A DNA stretch of 64,000 bases, taken from assembly GCA_013239625.1 (NCBI GenBank), contig MU054323.1, positions 7,677,220 through 7,741,219 of the forward strand. The letters are read 5' to 3'. Positions 40,380-53,548 of the stretch are shown piece by piece. The notes under the pieces were generated by a model. That model was not told the DNA's origin and searched no databases. It saw only the letters and a program-made list of their open reading frames with translations. Position numbers and translations under genes: made by a program. This DNA comes from Lama guanicoe. Lineage: Eukaryota. Numbering within the stretch: the stretch's first letter is position 1; each line of letters opens with the position of its first letter.

Positions 40380-40830
40380 ACCAAATGATAACGTCAGATG
40401 GACCCAACAGCAACTCATTGTAAGAGGGAAGTGGCCCATCTGGGACTGGGCACAATCAGGCCAGAGAGCATAAGTAAGCTACACAATACAGGGGTCCAGG
40501 TCCCCGAGTCACACACCGCTGCTGCACTGATACCCCTCCTTCAGCTCACACTGTGGCTGCATGGGAGGTTTCCGTATGGCCAGCTGACAAAGGAAGAGAA
40601 AAATCAAGCTTGTTCATGTATAGGTCAGCTGGGTATGCAGAAGCAAGATGAAAATGGACCTCAGTTGCAATACCATCCACTCAGGTAACCTTGAAAGACA
40701 GCAATGAGGGAAAATCTTCCCAATGGGCTAAGCTTCAGGGAGTAAGAGGGATTTTATACTTTGTGTGGAAAAAGAAAGGACCCAAGGTCAGAATATAATC
40801 AGATTCATAGTGGAGAATAGCTTGCCCCAT
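40380..40830 (+). mobile_element. ERV-L pol (RNase H region) remnant
   Basis: PESISKLH...PYGQLTKEEK...LKDSNEGKSSQWAKLQ...FVWKKKGPKVRI resembles ERVL RNase H; this explains ORF 40398..40688. Confidence 0.8.
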
Positions 40831-41508
40831 GGGAAGCAATCTAAAATGTATTGAATCGAATTGTTTTTCTCCCACGAGAAAAAAGCACATTTTAGTGCCT
40901 CTGCTGAAACATCAGTGTGCTCCAAAAGGAAGAAAGAATAAATACGAATAGACAATTCACAAAAGAAGTTCATGTAGGTAATAACATATATAAATACAAT
41001 ATCTCATTCATGAGTATCAGTGAAATACAAATTAAAACATAGTTTTAATTTAAAATTTAAAAGAGTTCATTGAAAAGTCCTGATTAAACATCGTTGTATA
41101 AAAATTAACAAATGTTACTGGGGTCTGGGAATAGGGGAAAATGGGGACTTACTGTTTAATGGGTACAGAGTTTAAGTTTGGGATGATGAAAAAGTTCTGG
41201 AAATGAATAGTGGTGATGGTTGCACAACAATATGAATGTATTTAATGCCACTGAATTGTACTTTTAAAAATGAATAAAATGGTAAGTTTTATGTATATTT
41301 TACCACAATTAAAAATTTATGTTAAAAAATCAACAGATGTTCTGTACACCAGTAATAACTAATTAGAAAGGTTAAAAAGCTCCATTCACAATAGTTCAGT
41401 CTCCCCACACAGTACTAACTCTGCCTCGAAAACAAAGGAATAGATAAACATGACTCACCCAAGGGCAGGAAGCTGAAACAGTTTGGTTAGAATCATGACT
41501 CAAACTCT

Positions 41509-41630
41509 TGTTTTGGGTTTGTTTGTTTGTTTGTTTTCGAGGGGGAGGTAATCATATTTACTTATTTATTTTTAGAGGAGGTACTGGGATTGAACCCAGG
41601 ACTTCGACCACTGGAACTATACCCTCCCCT
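41509..41630 (-). mobile_element. Vic-1-like SINE, internally deleted
   Basis: Reverse-complement head and tail; flanking tcaaactct repeats. Confidence 0.85.
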
Positions 41631-42738
41631 CAAACTCTAATTCTTTTGATTCCACATATTATGATTTCTAATTGAACAAACTTCTCCCCACACTTAAAGA
41701 TCTGTAAAATAAAATAGAGGTGCTATACTTGTTGAAAAAAACCACATATAAGCAGACCCGCATATACATATTTTATACACTCATACCTAAAATTAGGACT
41801 AATTGTCAAGAAGAAAAATATCCTGATAGTTTATAATCTATATGAAATAAATAACTCATTTCTGAGAGAACTAAAATAAGACCCTTAATAAATAAATATA
41901 CAAACCATGACCTTAGATAAGAAGACTATTCTAAATGCTTTTAATTCCAATTAATATCTAAGGGAGATTTATTTGGGTATATTTTAACAAAATGAAATTA
42001 AAATTTATCTCAAATAAGAAGTAAAAATTATTCAATAAAGTTTTCTTTTTTTTTAACAAGGGCAATGTGGGAAGACTTGCCTCACAGGTTTTAAAACATA
42101 CTTTTAAGAAATAATAATCTTGTTTAAAACAAAAAGAGTCAATAATCAAAACTAGGGAAACTGATTCCAAAACTGACTGGGATTAGTGGACAGAATACTA
42201 TAGATAATTTAGAAACAGGCCTTGGTATAAACAGAGCTTAGTATTACTATGATGAAAGTGATATCAGTGAAGAAATGAAGTTTTATGCAATAAACTATGT
42301 TTACATAATTCAGTTATAGCCATTTAGGAAGAAGTTAGAGGATACCCCTCTTTTATTTTGATTTTTCAGGGAGAGTAAACCAGAGTCTGGGTGTCTGTGG
42401 CCATTACCTTTGCTGCCTTACGTATGTGTAAATATATACAATTGCGTTTTTTTTTGTTTGTTTGTTTGTTTTTTGAATCCATTCAGACACGCTATAGCTT
42501 TTGACTGGAGGAGGAAAAAATATTTTTTTGGTTACTTCTGTTCATATGTGAAAAAGATAATCAGGTACTCCTTGTATTTCTGCTTTATGTTTTTAGTTGG
42601 AGCCTAGATTAGGTAAATATTGTACATGATAATCAGATTTCATTACAATTAACTTTAAAAAATACCCCAGTTTGGTAGAATTATCCAGTCTGTCTAATGA
42701 TAATCTGAAGACAATTTCTTTTTTAAGAAACATTTTCC

Positions 42739-42898
42739 CGGGAGAGGTATAGCTCAAGTGGTAGAGTGCTTGCTTAGCATGCATGAGGTCCTGGGTTCCA
42801 TCCCCAGTACCTCCTCTAAGCATAAATAAAGCTAGTTACCTCCCCTCATCAAAATAAAGTAATTAAGTAATAAATACAACATAATGCTATCTTAAAAA
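42739..42898 (+). mobile_element. Vic-1-like SINE
   Basis: A/B boxes; TSD AAGAAAC(A/T)TTTTCC 42725-42738 / 42899-42912. Confidence 0.9.
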
Positions 42899-44195
42899 AA
42901 GAAACTTTTTCCTGTAGCCTCAGATATAGCAGAACCAACATTAATTCCAGGGGGAAATAAATTGATCACTTGTTTCAAAAAGACAGTAGTAAATACACAG
43001 TATAAACATGAATGTGTCCTTGCACAAGGCTTCTGAAGCCCTCCTTAGCTCTACCCCAGCCACAGACTTCAGCCTTAACCAGCCTGCCATCTCAACCCTG
43101 CTTGTTTGATCATGTTTGCTTAGGTCATGGCCAGGAGGCAGGCTGTAGGCTGTTCCAGGGCTGTTCCAAGTCCTTACCTCTGACCCTACATTGATTCAAT
43201 AGCAGTGGCTGCACACAGGAAGAGATGCTAGACAGACTGCCTGGGCTGGAATTCCCCACCTGAGTACATTCTGCCTATCAGAAGCTGGGCAAGCCACTTA
43301 AACTTTCCAAGCCCCTGTTCTCTCTGCTAGTGGTTATTATGAGGTCTGAATGAGGCAATAGATATAATAAAGTGCTTAGAATAACACATTGTAAGCCATC
43401 AATAAATGTTAGCTATTGTATCTTATATATTGTACCTGACCAGAAAAGAGGACAAAATTAGACATTCTCAACTCGTCTTCCCTTCTGCAAAAGTTACAAA
43501 TAGCCAGATGTTTCCATTTTTCACTATGGAACAAGATTTTGCTTACTTGGTGACTGCGCCAGCAAGAGGAAAGGAGAGAAAAGGATTTGAATGTTGAATG
43601 TTGGCGATATACCTGGCAATTTATATGAGAATATGAAAATTGAGGAACTTCTCAAGAGATATTTATTTTAGGGGCAATTTCTGCCAGCTAGTAATAGGAC
43701 CTAGAAATATTCAATCCAATTCAATCGAACAGATTAATTTAGTATCTTTTGACCATACACCAAACACAGAGGACCAGAAATGAATGCAAAATGGCGAAAC
43801 AGGGAGGACAAGGGCTATGTCTATAATGTTCATTATTATATTTCCAGTGCCTAGAATAATACCTTGTAATATTAGAGGCTCAATATAATTTTATTAAGTG
43901 AAAAAGTAGATAAATTAATAAATGAGCAAGACACAGCCCCTAATCCCAAGTAGCTCATATTAAAGTAAACAAGACCTATAAACAAATTGAATACCATACG
44001 TTGTCATACATGCAATCATAAACATATATGCAAAATCCTAAAGTACATAGATGAAAAGGTGATAAATTCTATGGGGCTTAGGACTAGGGTGGGTGCATAG
44101 CAAGTCCCCAAGGAGGAAACCTTTAGACTGTGATTTAGAATGACAGCCAGTGAAGAGTGGATGCGGCAGGGAGAGTAAATGAGATTTGAAACAGC

Positions 44196-44320
44196 AGGGG
44201 AGGGTATAGGTCAGTGGTGTGCTTACATGCACAAGGTCCTAGGTTCAATCCCCAGTACCTCCATTAAAAATTTTTTTAATGAATAAATAAACCTAATTTC
44301 CTCTCCCTCCCCCACCAAAG
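44196..44320 (+). mobile_element. Vic-1-like SINE
   Basis: Degenerate head, GGTTCAATCCCCAGTACCTCC, aaacctaatt tail. Confidence 0.85.
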
Positions 44321-46774
44321 AGAATCAGGGAGACCAGTTAGGAGGGCTTCATAACACTTTTGGGGGCATTATGTCCTCAGGTTCTTGGTCAGGTGTCACG
44401 TCCTAACCTGGGGTCCAAGGGAGGGGGTCCATTAGCTTAGACAAATTACATCTTTATTTTCATTAACTTTAAACTGATTTGTCACCTATGACCTTGTCAC
44501 CAACAGAAATCACGGATATTTTCATATTATATTACAGAAGTACTTTTGCATTTATCATAATTTCACAGTTTCAGTATCACTAGACCTGCCACCAGATCTT
44601 ATTGTTTGAGGCATTAACAATGAAGCACATGTATTACCATATCACAAATTTTTTTTCTAGTAAGCTGATCACTGTATTTTAATATAAATGTCTTTTTTTT
44701 TGTAATCCTGTGTATTTTATTTACACATTGAAAAAGATTCTGAGGAGGGGTCCATGGGCCTCAACAATCTGCCAAAGGAATCTATAGTGAAAAAACAAAC
44801 ACAAAGCAGGTGGTAGGTGGGGTGGTTAAGAACCTCTACTCCAGAGTCAGGTCAAGTGGATGAAATTCTAATTTTATCACATAAGGGTGTGACTTCTGGC
44901 AAATCCAAAAACAAAAAACAAAAAACAAAAAACTTTCTTGGCCTCAGTCTTCTCATGTGTAACATGGGTGTAATATTGATAGTATCTATTTCATACATTT
45001 GTTGGAAAGATAAAATACACATAAAGAGCTTAGAGTAATGCCAGGTATACAAACATTCAATAGCTGATAATACTGTAACCTGTCTAGATTTTGGTTTCTG
45101 AAGGTAATCCAACAAATAATCCCTGAAATCCAGCATTCCTTGAGACTCTAGCTGATTTATGAAGATTTCCCTGAATGCTGATTAAGGCAACAGCCAAAAC
45201 AGTCCTCATTTTCTCTCCTTCCCTTTTTGTTTATAAGTCAGTTTAAGGATTGATGAAGAGTCAACACAAGGTTTTCATTTTCTGGAAAAAAAAAAGGCAG
45301 CTTCCTGAGAATTAAGGCTGATGTATAAACACAGATTTAGTCGATAGACCCCCATGGGAAATATCCTATTCCAGGTTCTCTAGAGCATAAATCTGGATGC
45401 TATTGACAGGCATGAACTAGCTCACGTCATGGGCATGAAGGGAAAACCATAGCCTGTACTGAACTGATCTGAACTGCAGGTGGTCAGAGACTCAGAGATG
45501 CAGGAAGCAGGAAGGAAGGCAGAGGAATTGAAAGCCAGCCAGGAGCAAGCTGGGAATAGCCGGGCTGCTCTGCTCCTTAGTTACCACGGGGCTTTGTCCA
45601 GCCAGATGTCCTCGGCATCTCCTTGGTTTTCTGCCTGAGGAATGTGACTATTCATTCTGACGTGGTCTTACATGCTGTCCACATTCACAAGAACTCCTCA
45701 GAGGCCAAATACATTTTTAAATGTTTATCCTAGCAAGAAAGAGTTTTTTTTTTGCATGGACAGGAATACAACCTGGACCTAAAAAGATTTTGGTTCAAGT
45801 CCCAACCTCATCATTTACTACCTGAGCGAACTTAAGCAACTTATTTAGATTGTCTGATCTTCAGTTTCCTCATTTGCCCAAAATTGGGATAGTTTACTCC
45901 CTAAAAATTCATTTTGAGTCTATTTTGTGACAGGCTCAGATCTGGATGTTGAGAACACAGAAGTAAACCAGGTAGGTAAGGCCCTGTTGTCATGAGCTTT
46001 ATTCAAGTGGAGATAGGGGAGAAATAAATAGACAACACAATTATCAGATGATGATAAATGCCTGGAAGACAATAAAACAACTTGATGTGAAAGGGAATGA
46101 TGGTGTAAGAGCATCTTTAGACTTACAAGGAAAGCCTCTTGGAGAATTTGACATTTGAGCTGGGACAGAAGACAAGAAAGACAAGAAGAAACTATCCCTG
46201 TGAAGATGAGTGTGGAGCAGTCCAGTTAGAAGGGGAATTTCAAAGACCAGAGGAAAGAGTTTGGTACATGATATAAAGAAGATCTAGTGGAATATAAAGA
46301 AGACCTAGAATGGAGTGAGGTGGAGAGGGATCTAGGACGAGAAAGGAGAGGCAGTCAGGACTGAGGAGGCAGAAGAGGATGTGGGAGATTTGAGAAGAGT
46401 GGAGAATGTCTGAAATAGTTGTTGGAGGATGGGCCGGAGAACATGCTGGAGAAGTGTGGTAGGGTTGCTTGGCAGCATTGAGACTCCTTTTGAGATGTGT
46501 GGTCATGAATTTAAACTAGAACTAGTTGGCATAGTGGATGTCGTTCTGAGGATTAGATTAAACAAATGGGGCAGTTTTTGATACATGGTAGACACTCAAA
46601 AATGTTAACTAGCTCTCATAAGAGGTAGGAAAAAAAGGAGAAAAATGGAACAAACTCATTTATTTTTGCCACCATTTGCAGTTCATAGGAGTGGTAAATA
46701 ATATACTGTATTCTGATCTTTGATGTAAGACTAAGATTTTCTTCTAAAGTGAGTTTCTTTGCATTTGGATATTT

Positions 46775-46882
46775 TAACTAGATTTACTTGTTTGTTTATT
46801 TTTAGTGGAGGTACTGGGGATTGAACCCAGGACCTTGTGCATGCTTGAGCATGAGCTCTACCACTTGAGATATAGCTCCCCC
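46775..46882 (-). mobile_element. Vic-1-like SINE
   Basis: TSD GCATTTGGATATTT 46761-46774 / 46883-46896. Confidence 0.9.
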
Positions 46883-48057
46883 GCATTTGGATATTTCAAA
46901 CCCGAGTGTTTCTGCATAGCTAATACAAAACGCTTTAATTTTTGCTCTTGTGGTCTTAATAAACTGGAAGTAAATTCATTTGGTCCGTCCCTTGTAGAAC
47001 CACTTCCTTATATTCCAAATACAGGAACACAGCTTATCTTAGTATGTACACAAAATTTGCTTCTATCTCTCTGAGTGTTCAGACAAAACAAACAAAATAA
47101 AAGATTTCTTCTGGTAAACTTCCAAAGATGTTCTGAAATGTTAATTCACAACATTTGTTACCTGGGAACACCTCTGTAGCCTAGGGCATCACATTTTTTG
47201 CAACTTTGAATATAATCTCCTTTGCAATGCAGAAATGGAGGAAATCACACCTGAGATTTTCTGTAATTTCATCTCACCAATGAGATCTTTTTTGACAAAT
47301 TCTTTTTAAAGATTTAAAAATCAAGATCCTGAAGTCCTGATTCGGGAAAAGCACTGATACTGATGTGGCAAACAGCAGAAACGCTGAATGAACTAGTTTT
47401 GAACAGGACAGGGTTTGGAGTTGGTGGAGACCTCAAAGGCAGCGGCTGGGAGATGGGTGGGTGCTGACTGGTGAGAATGACAACTGGGTTGATAGCAGCC
47501 TACTGAGGAGTCCTGCAAGGGATGATAAGTGAGCTCACCTACTAGAAGGCAGAGAGAAATGGAGAGGAATCTGAGAGCAAACAAAAGGTGGGATTCTAGG
47601 CATGCTGGCTGACAGCTGGCTGTGACAACTCCAGCTCTCATACAGAGTCAGAGAAGTTGAAAAGAGGATAGGCCCTGAGTCTATGCTCTGCAAATTCTTC
47701 CCCTAGTTGGTGGTATCTCTCAGAGGCACCATCCCCTCCAATGTTCTTGGTTCCTCAAAGAAACCTCTTCCTCTCCACCCCGCACCCCCACTCCACATAC
47801 TGTTTACAAGTTGGAGAAAAAGAGGTTCTGAGGTTGTAACAAACAAGGCTGGTCTCCGTCATATCTGCTCAACACTCAGCGTTCCTGTATTTGCTGGCAG
47901 CTCCTTTCTGCAAACATCTGAGACTCTCTGCCTGAGAGTTTTCCCCGATTGCTGGAGCATGCTTGACTCAGGAGCAGGGCAGTCCAGAAAACTCAGGGTC
48001 CTAGTGCCCCTAGGAGCAACCATCAAACAATGATTGACCAGAGTTGGTGTAGAGATA

Positions 48058-49145
48058 TGTATTTCAGTTACGTATTGCTGTGTAATAAACCACCCCAAAA
48101 CCAGTGGTTTAAGACAACAATGATTTCTTATTTCTCTTGATTCTGTGGGTGGGCTGGGTGGTTTCTCTTCTGGTTTTGCCTGGGCTCACTCAAGTAGCTG
48201 CATTCAACTGCAGAATTAGCTGGGCTGAAAGGTTCAAGCTGGTATCACTTACATGTCTTGCAGTTGAATTTGGCTGTTGGCTTGGGACACTTTGGTATTC
48301 CTCCACCTAGTTTTTTCCCCTTTCCTGGACTAGACCACCTTCCTTGTCCAGTGGAGAACTCTGCATAGCAAAAGGGCAAAGGCAAAAGATGCATGGCATC
48401 TCAAAGCCTAGGCTCTGAAGCTGACACAGTATCAATTTTGCCATTTTTATTGGTCAAAGCAAGTCACAAGATCATCAACTCATCAACAGAGTCAAGGGTC
48501 AATGGCTAATAGACCATGGTGTTCCTGGGAACAAGATACTTGTGTAGACAACAAGGCTACTGCCAAACTTATATAATCAAAGAAAGACCAAGAATGAATA
48601 TGGCAGATGCACAGACACACCCTAAGGTAAGCCACCTCCCTGCATGAGTCATACTTTAATGTAATCCCCTGTCCTTGAGAACCTGTGTCCTGCTTCTAGC
48701 CAGTAAAGTATGGGTGGCAAAGGTGATGGGACAGTCACTTCCTTAATTAGGTTACATTATAAAAGACTTAACCAACTGGACTGGGAGATCCTCCTGGTGG
48801 CCTTGAAGAAGCAAGCTAGTGAAAAGAGAACTGCCTATAAGAGAGAGGGCCCTGTGCCAGGAGCATCCCCCTTTGTCCTATAACTGCAAGGAACTGAGTT
48901 CAACCAACAACTATGTCAATTGGAAGAGTACTGCAGGCTCCAGAAAGGAGTTCCATCCAGAAAGGAGTTCCAGAAAAGAACATAGCCCATCTGACACCTT
49001 GATTACAACCTTGTGAGGACTCAAGTGGATGATCCAGTGGAGCCATGCCTAGATTTCTGACCTAGAGAAACTGTAAGATAATAACATAGGGTTTAAGCTT
49101 CCGAGTCTGTGGTAATTTATTATGTGGCAATATAGAACTAATACG
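48058..49145. mobile_element. Two adjacent MLT1-type LTRs in opposite orientation (about 48058-48500 and 48600-49145)
   Basis: tattgctgtgtaataaaccaccccaaaa start; tgtggtaatttattatgtggcaatatagaactaata end. Confidence 0.7.
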
Positions 49146-49189
49146 AGTGAGAAGAAAGCTGAGGTCAGCCACTATGACGGAAAATCATA

Positions 49190-49455
49190 ATCCCTCACCG
49201 AGTTTCCAGACCTGGGTCAATTCTCACACCTAGAGCCCATCAATTGAAGGAGACATCCAGTCCCCTTGAGGACGAACCTTAAAATGCTGCAATAATACAG
49301 TATTGCTTCCCTTAATCTATCCACAAAAGGACTTATGGTCACTTACTAGAATAACTGAACAATGGGGGAAAGGGAATATCCAGATCTTTCAAGACCTCTG
49401 AGTTAGCACTGATACCAGGAGACTCAAAACACCAGCATGGCTCTCTGTTGAAGGA
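49190..49455 (+). mobile_element. ERV-L gag end / protease remnant
   Basis: EFPDLGQFSHLEPIN*...WGKGNIQIFQ...SELALIPGDSKHQHG resembles the ERVL gag-pro junction. Confidence 0.75.
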
Positions 49456-50084
49456 TCTACTGGACTGGAGCACTTGGTTCTCAGGCAAAGGCTCAGTAAC
49501 CAAAGACTCAGATCCCTCAAGGATAGAGATCTGAAACTCCTCAAGGATGAAGGCAAGTAACCAAGACCAGCAAAAATGTTGACTGAGGGTGAGGGGAATC
49601 CAGAATGAGTGGGAGAGGAGGGGAATGACAAACAAAATAACAATACAGCTGCAGGTACAAATTTCCAGAACTTATTTATCCAGTCGTTGCAATGAAATAC
49701 CTATTTTCCCTAGTTTTATTGAGATATAACTGACATACAGCACTGTCTATGTTTAAGGTGTACAACATAATGATTTGATTTATGTACATCAAGGAATGAT
49801 GACCACAATACGTTTAATGAGCATCCATCGTCTCTGGAATACCTGCTTTTAACAGACATTGCCAGATCCCATTCCATAAAAACTAAACAATTCAGATTTC
49901 TACCATCAAAGTATGAAAATACTCATTCCACATCCCCAAATCACCCTTTCTGGCCACCACTTTTTAAAAATTTTTATCGTTTCGATATATACTTTGTATC
50001 TGTCAGTTAATTTTTATTTTGGATATTGCTGCTGACTACCACCTTAAAGTATCAACAGCAAAATGGACTTAATTTTACAAGATC

Positions 50085-50587
50085 AGAGTGGAACAAAGAA
50101 TAACATTTGCCCTGCACCCATTCCCTTGGCATAGACCTCCCCTCACTCTAATGACTTTCCTGCTGGCACCTGCAACCCTGTGCCTACCGGCTTTCTCTGG
50201 CTGTAGGTGCACCTTTAACCCACACTGGAAGCTGACTGTAATTGCCACAGTGTTAATGTACTTAGCTCTCCAGCAATAATTGAAAGGAGTTGGTATGTAA
50301 ATACCCCAGCTTCTTTGTTTGTCTGGGGGACAGCTCTGAGATAAGTTCTGCACAGTCTCTCAGAGGACCTCGTGGAGGACCCAGTGGAGGACTCCTGGGG
50401 AGAACCCCATGGAGGACCTTGAGGAACTGAGCTCCAGATGCTCGTCAACTCCTCTGCCTGGCTTTCTCTCTTCTGTATTTCCTTCATCACTCCCTGACTG
50501 GCACTTTCTGAGCTCAACTCCCAATGGACTATTTGTACTTATGTTCTGGTCTCAGGGTCTGTTTTTGAGAACTTCAACCTAAGACAG
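50085..50587 (+). mobile_element. LTR16-like solo LTR
   Basis: gtaaataccccagct...ggtctcagggtctgttt...aacctaagaca terminus. Confidence 0.7.
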
Positions 50588-50824
50588 CAATCAAATAAGT
50601 TTGGGAAACCTAGCCCATTTCCCAATGGGGTGAGGTGGCCTGAAGATGAAAACTCTGCACAATGAGAATGCCTGCTCTACAACAAAGCATAGCAACATGA
50701 GTGAATCTTACAAACATCATAATGAGTGAAAGAAGCCAGGGAAATGGAAGAGTGCATACTGTATAATTCCGTCTATGTTAAGTGTAACAGCAGACCACAG
50801 GAATCCATACTATCAGAAGTCAGA

Positions 50825-51040
50825 TAAATAGGGAGTTTAAGATTTGCAGATACTAACTACTATATATAAAACAGATAAATAACAAGTTGATACTGTATAG
50901 CACAGGGAACTATACTTAATATCTTGTAGTAACCTATAATGAGAAAGAATATATGTATGGATACATATGACTGAAACATTATGCTGTACACCAGAAACTG
51001 ATACGTTGTAAACAGACTATACTTCAATTTAAAAAAAAGT
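50825..51040 (+). mobile_element. L1 3' end nested in an older L1 3' UTR (about 50650-51240)
   Basis: Same 3' UTR motifs as the 62455 copy; flanking aagtcag(g)ata. Confidence 0.8.
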
Positions 51041-51269
51041 CAGGATAGTGGTTACTCTTGTGGGAGTTAATGACTGACAAGCAGGATGAGGGGGGTTTCT
51101 GGACAGCTAGAATCATTTGTTTCTTTATCTAGATTCTGATTACATGAGTGTCTCTGAAAATTCATCAGGTAGTATGCTTGAGGTTTGTACAGTTTTCTCT
51201 ATGTGTGTAATATTTTTTAAAGTTAAAAAAAATCCTATTCTACTTTTATAGTGTAGTGACATAGTTTAT

Positions 51270-52170
51270 TAAACATGGTTGCCAAAAATTTGATCAACAA
51301 AATAAATAACCGAAAGTGTAAAATAAATTCTAGGAGTCCATACTGACAAATAAATTACTAAAAAAATAATGCACAGAGGAGAAGAGACAGAGTTCCCATG
51401 CAGAAGAATTCCAAATAATTTATGTAGATGTTGGTCTCCCATCAAGGAGAGCATGACTGTCCACCACTTAGGTGTGAGATGTACATAGTGACCTCCTTCT
51501 GAAGAGCATGGTGTGGAAAGAAGGTTAAAAAAAAAGAGTAAACTGACAGTGGACAAGCACTCCCTCAGCCAGGAAATCAAGGTCAAATCAACACTGATGA
51601 GTCATGTTAATAGTATGTACTCTTAATATGATGTGATAAAAACGACACTTCGTGTCACATTAGTCCTTGGTGTACAGCATAATGTTTCAGTCAAACAAAA
51701 ATAAAGTTCTTATATATTTCAAAATAAAACAAAACAAAACAAATGACACTTTGCCTCTGTGGTCTTCTTCCCCAAAACCCATAGTCTAATCACAAGGAAA
51801 ACATCAGACAAAGCCCAGTTGAGGAACCACTCAACAAAATACCTGACTGGTAATCCTGGCAAGGTCATCAAAAACAAGGAAAGTCTGAGAAACCGTGACA
51901 GCCAAAAGGAGTGTAAGGAGACATGCTGATGAAGTATGATGTCACATTCGGGATGGAATCCTGGAACAGAAGGACATTAGGCAAAATTCAAGGAAATCTG
52001 AATAAAGTATGGACTTGAGCTGTTAATGTTCCATCAATATTGATTCATTAACTGTAACAAAGATATCATATTACAGTAAGAGATTAATAGCAGGTAGAGA
52101 GTATACGGAAACTCTGAATTACCTACATAATTATTCTGTAATCTAAAACTTTCCTACAAAATAAGACTTT
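51270..52170 (+). mobile_element. L1MC-like 3' UTR
   Basis: ggaaaacatcagacaaagcccag...gtcatcaaaaacaaggaaagtctgagaa...ggaaatctgaataaagtatggac. Confidence 0.75.
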
Positions 52171-52214
52171 TTTTTTTTGAAGAAAGAAAGAAAGAAAAAG
52201 ATTTCCAATGAATC

Positions 52215-53320
52215 AGGCCTCATGCCTCCTTGTGTATCCATACTCCTTTATAATATTTCTTACAACTCCTCCCATCAAAAGAGGGTCTGATTTCTCTCTC
52301 TTTCAATCTGCATTGACTTTGTGTCTTGGTTTGACCAATAGAATGTGGAAGAAGTAGTGTTCTGAGTCTCTGAATCCAGATCTTAAGAGGCCTTAGAACC
52401 TCCACTTTTTTTTTTCTGTTGTTGTCAAATAACCCTTTATTAAATCATTTTCCTTTGTAGTTCTTAACTCGCCGGGCATTCCTCTGCACCACCGTTGATG
52501 TTCTCTATGATGTCATGAGGGTGGCGGCCACCAACATTGCAGCCCACAGACTGGGCAGTCCCCAGGACCTCCTTAATGGTTCCAGAGAGCTCTCTAGCGA
52601 GGGACCAGTGCCGCATCTGTCGGGCAGTGTTGACAATCTCATCAAAAGTGATGTTTCCACTGTGCTTAGTGTTTTTCTGCTTCTTTCTGTCTCTTGGGGT
52701 TCCTTGAGGGCTTTGATCATCAGGGCAGAAGAAGAAGGTACCACCTCAATCTGGGCCTGTCTGTTCTGAATGGTCAGTTTCACTGTCATCCTCAGACCCT
52801 TCCAATCTCCAGTCGCTTTGGCAATATCATCACCAACTTTTTTTGGAAACAGACCCGGGGGACCGATCTTTGGGGCCAAGGCAGATATGGCACCGACTTC
52901 TCCACCAGTGCACCTCAGGTATACGACTTTGATCTCGTTGGGGTCGAACTTAGGCAGCATGGTGGAGGCAGCTGGTGTCAGATGAACCCGGATTCTGGAC
53001 GACTGAAGAAAGTTGCAGCTTGGCCTCCTCCGAGCCAAAAGCCGAAAGTAGAACCTCCACTTTCATTCTTGGAAGCTTGTTGCCTAAGTCCAACTAACCT
53101 AACCGCCCCCTCCCCATGCTGTGGGGAAGTCGAAGCTAGCCGCGTGGAGAGGCCAGTGGGAAGCAAGGGACCCCAGTAGACAGCTGCAGTCCAGCCACTA
53201 GTCCAGTGCAGCTGTAAGAATGACTCCATGCAAAATTAGAACTGCCCAGCGCAACCCACAGAATATGAGAATTAATAAGTTTGGCGGTAGTTTGTTATAC
53301 AGTGATACTTAACTGAAACA
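52215..53320 (+). mobile_element. MLT1-type (ERVL-MaLR) solo LTR split by the RPL12 retrocopy
   Basis: MLT1-like motifs (ttgaccaatagaatgtggaagaagt; gtttgttatacag...aactgaaaca terminus) on both sides of the pseudogene. Confidence 0.7.
52409..53048 (-). pseudogene. RPL12: RPL12 processed pseudogene, full length, one frameshift
   Basis: Intronless; 88-nt 5' UTR starting CTTTC; ATG 52960 ([24 protein letters not shown]...); 1-nt deletion at G4 52696-52699; native-frame C-terminus ...ECPAS* with stop 52466-52464 (497 nt vs 498 expected); AATAAA 52441-52436; poly(A); TSD TAGAACCTCCACTTT at 52394-52408 and 53049-53063. Confidence 0.97.
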
Positions 53321-53391
53321 TTTAGAAAACAGCATTATTCTGGGGGTTTAAAAGTTTGAATTCAAGCCCCAGAAGCTATAAGATCTGGGGA

Positions 53392-53548
53392 ATGGAGGAG
53401 GGTGGATAGCTCAAGTGGTAGAGCACATACTTAGCACACACAAGGTCCTACATTCAATCCCCAGTACCTCCTCTGAAAATAAATAAATAAACCTAACTAC
53501 CTCCCCACTAAAATAAATAAATACTTTTTTTTAACTAAAAAAAAAAAA
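53392..53548 (+). mobile_element. Vic-1-like SINE inserted in a MIR remnant
   Basis: Head and tail match; flanking ATCTGGGGA repeats. Confidence 0.88.

Noticed and set aside
9270..49455. Idea that the three ERV-L pieces form one provirus or a domesticated gene
   Set aside because: All are on the plus strand but in reverse order (IN at 9.6 kb, RNase H at 40.4 kb, gag-pro at 49.2 kb) and full of stops and frameshifts, so they are independent decayed fragments.
52961..53038. N-terminal extension (MARRRPS...) on the RPL12 ORF, and the antisense ORFs over the pseudogene
   Set aside because: The extension starts at TTG inside the copied 5' UTR; the antisense ORFs are shadows of the coding sequence.
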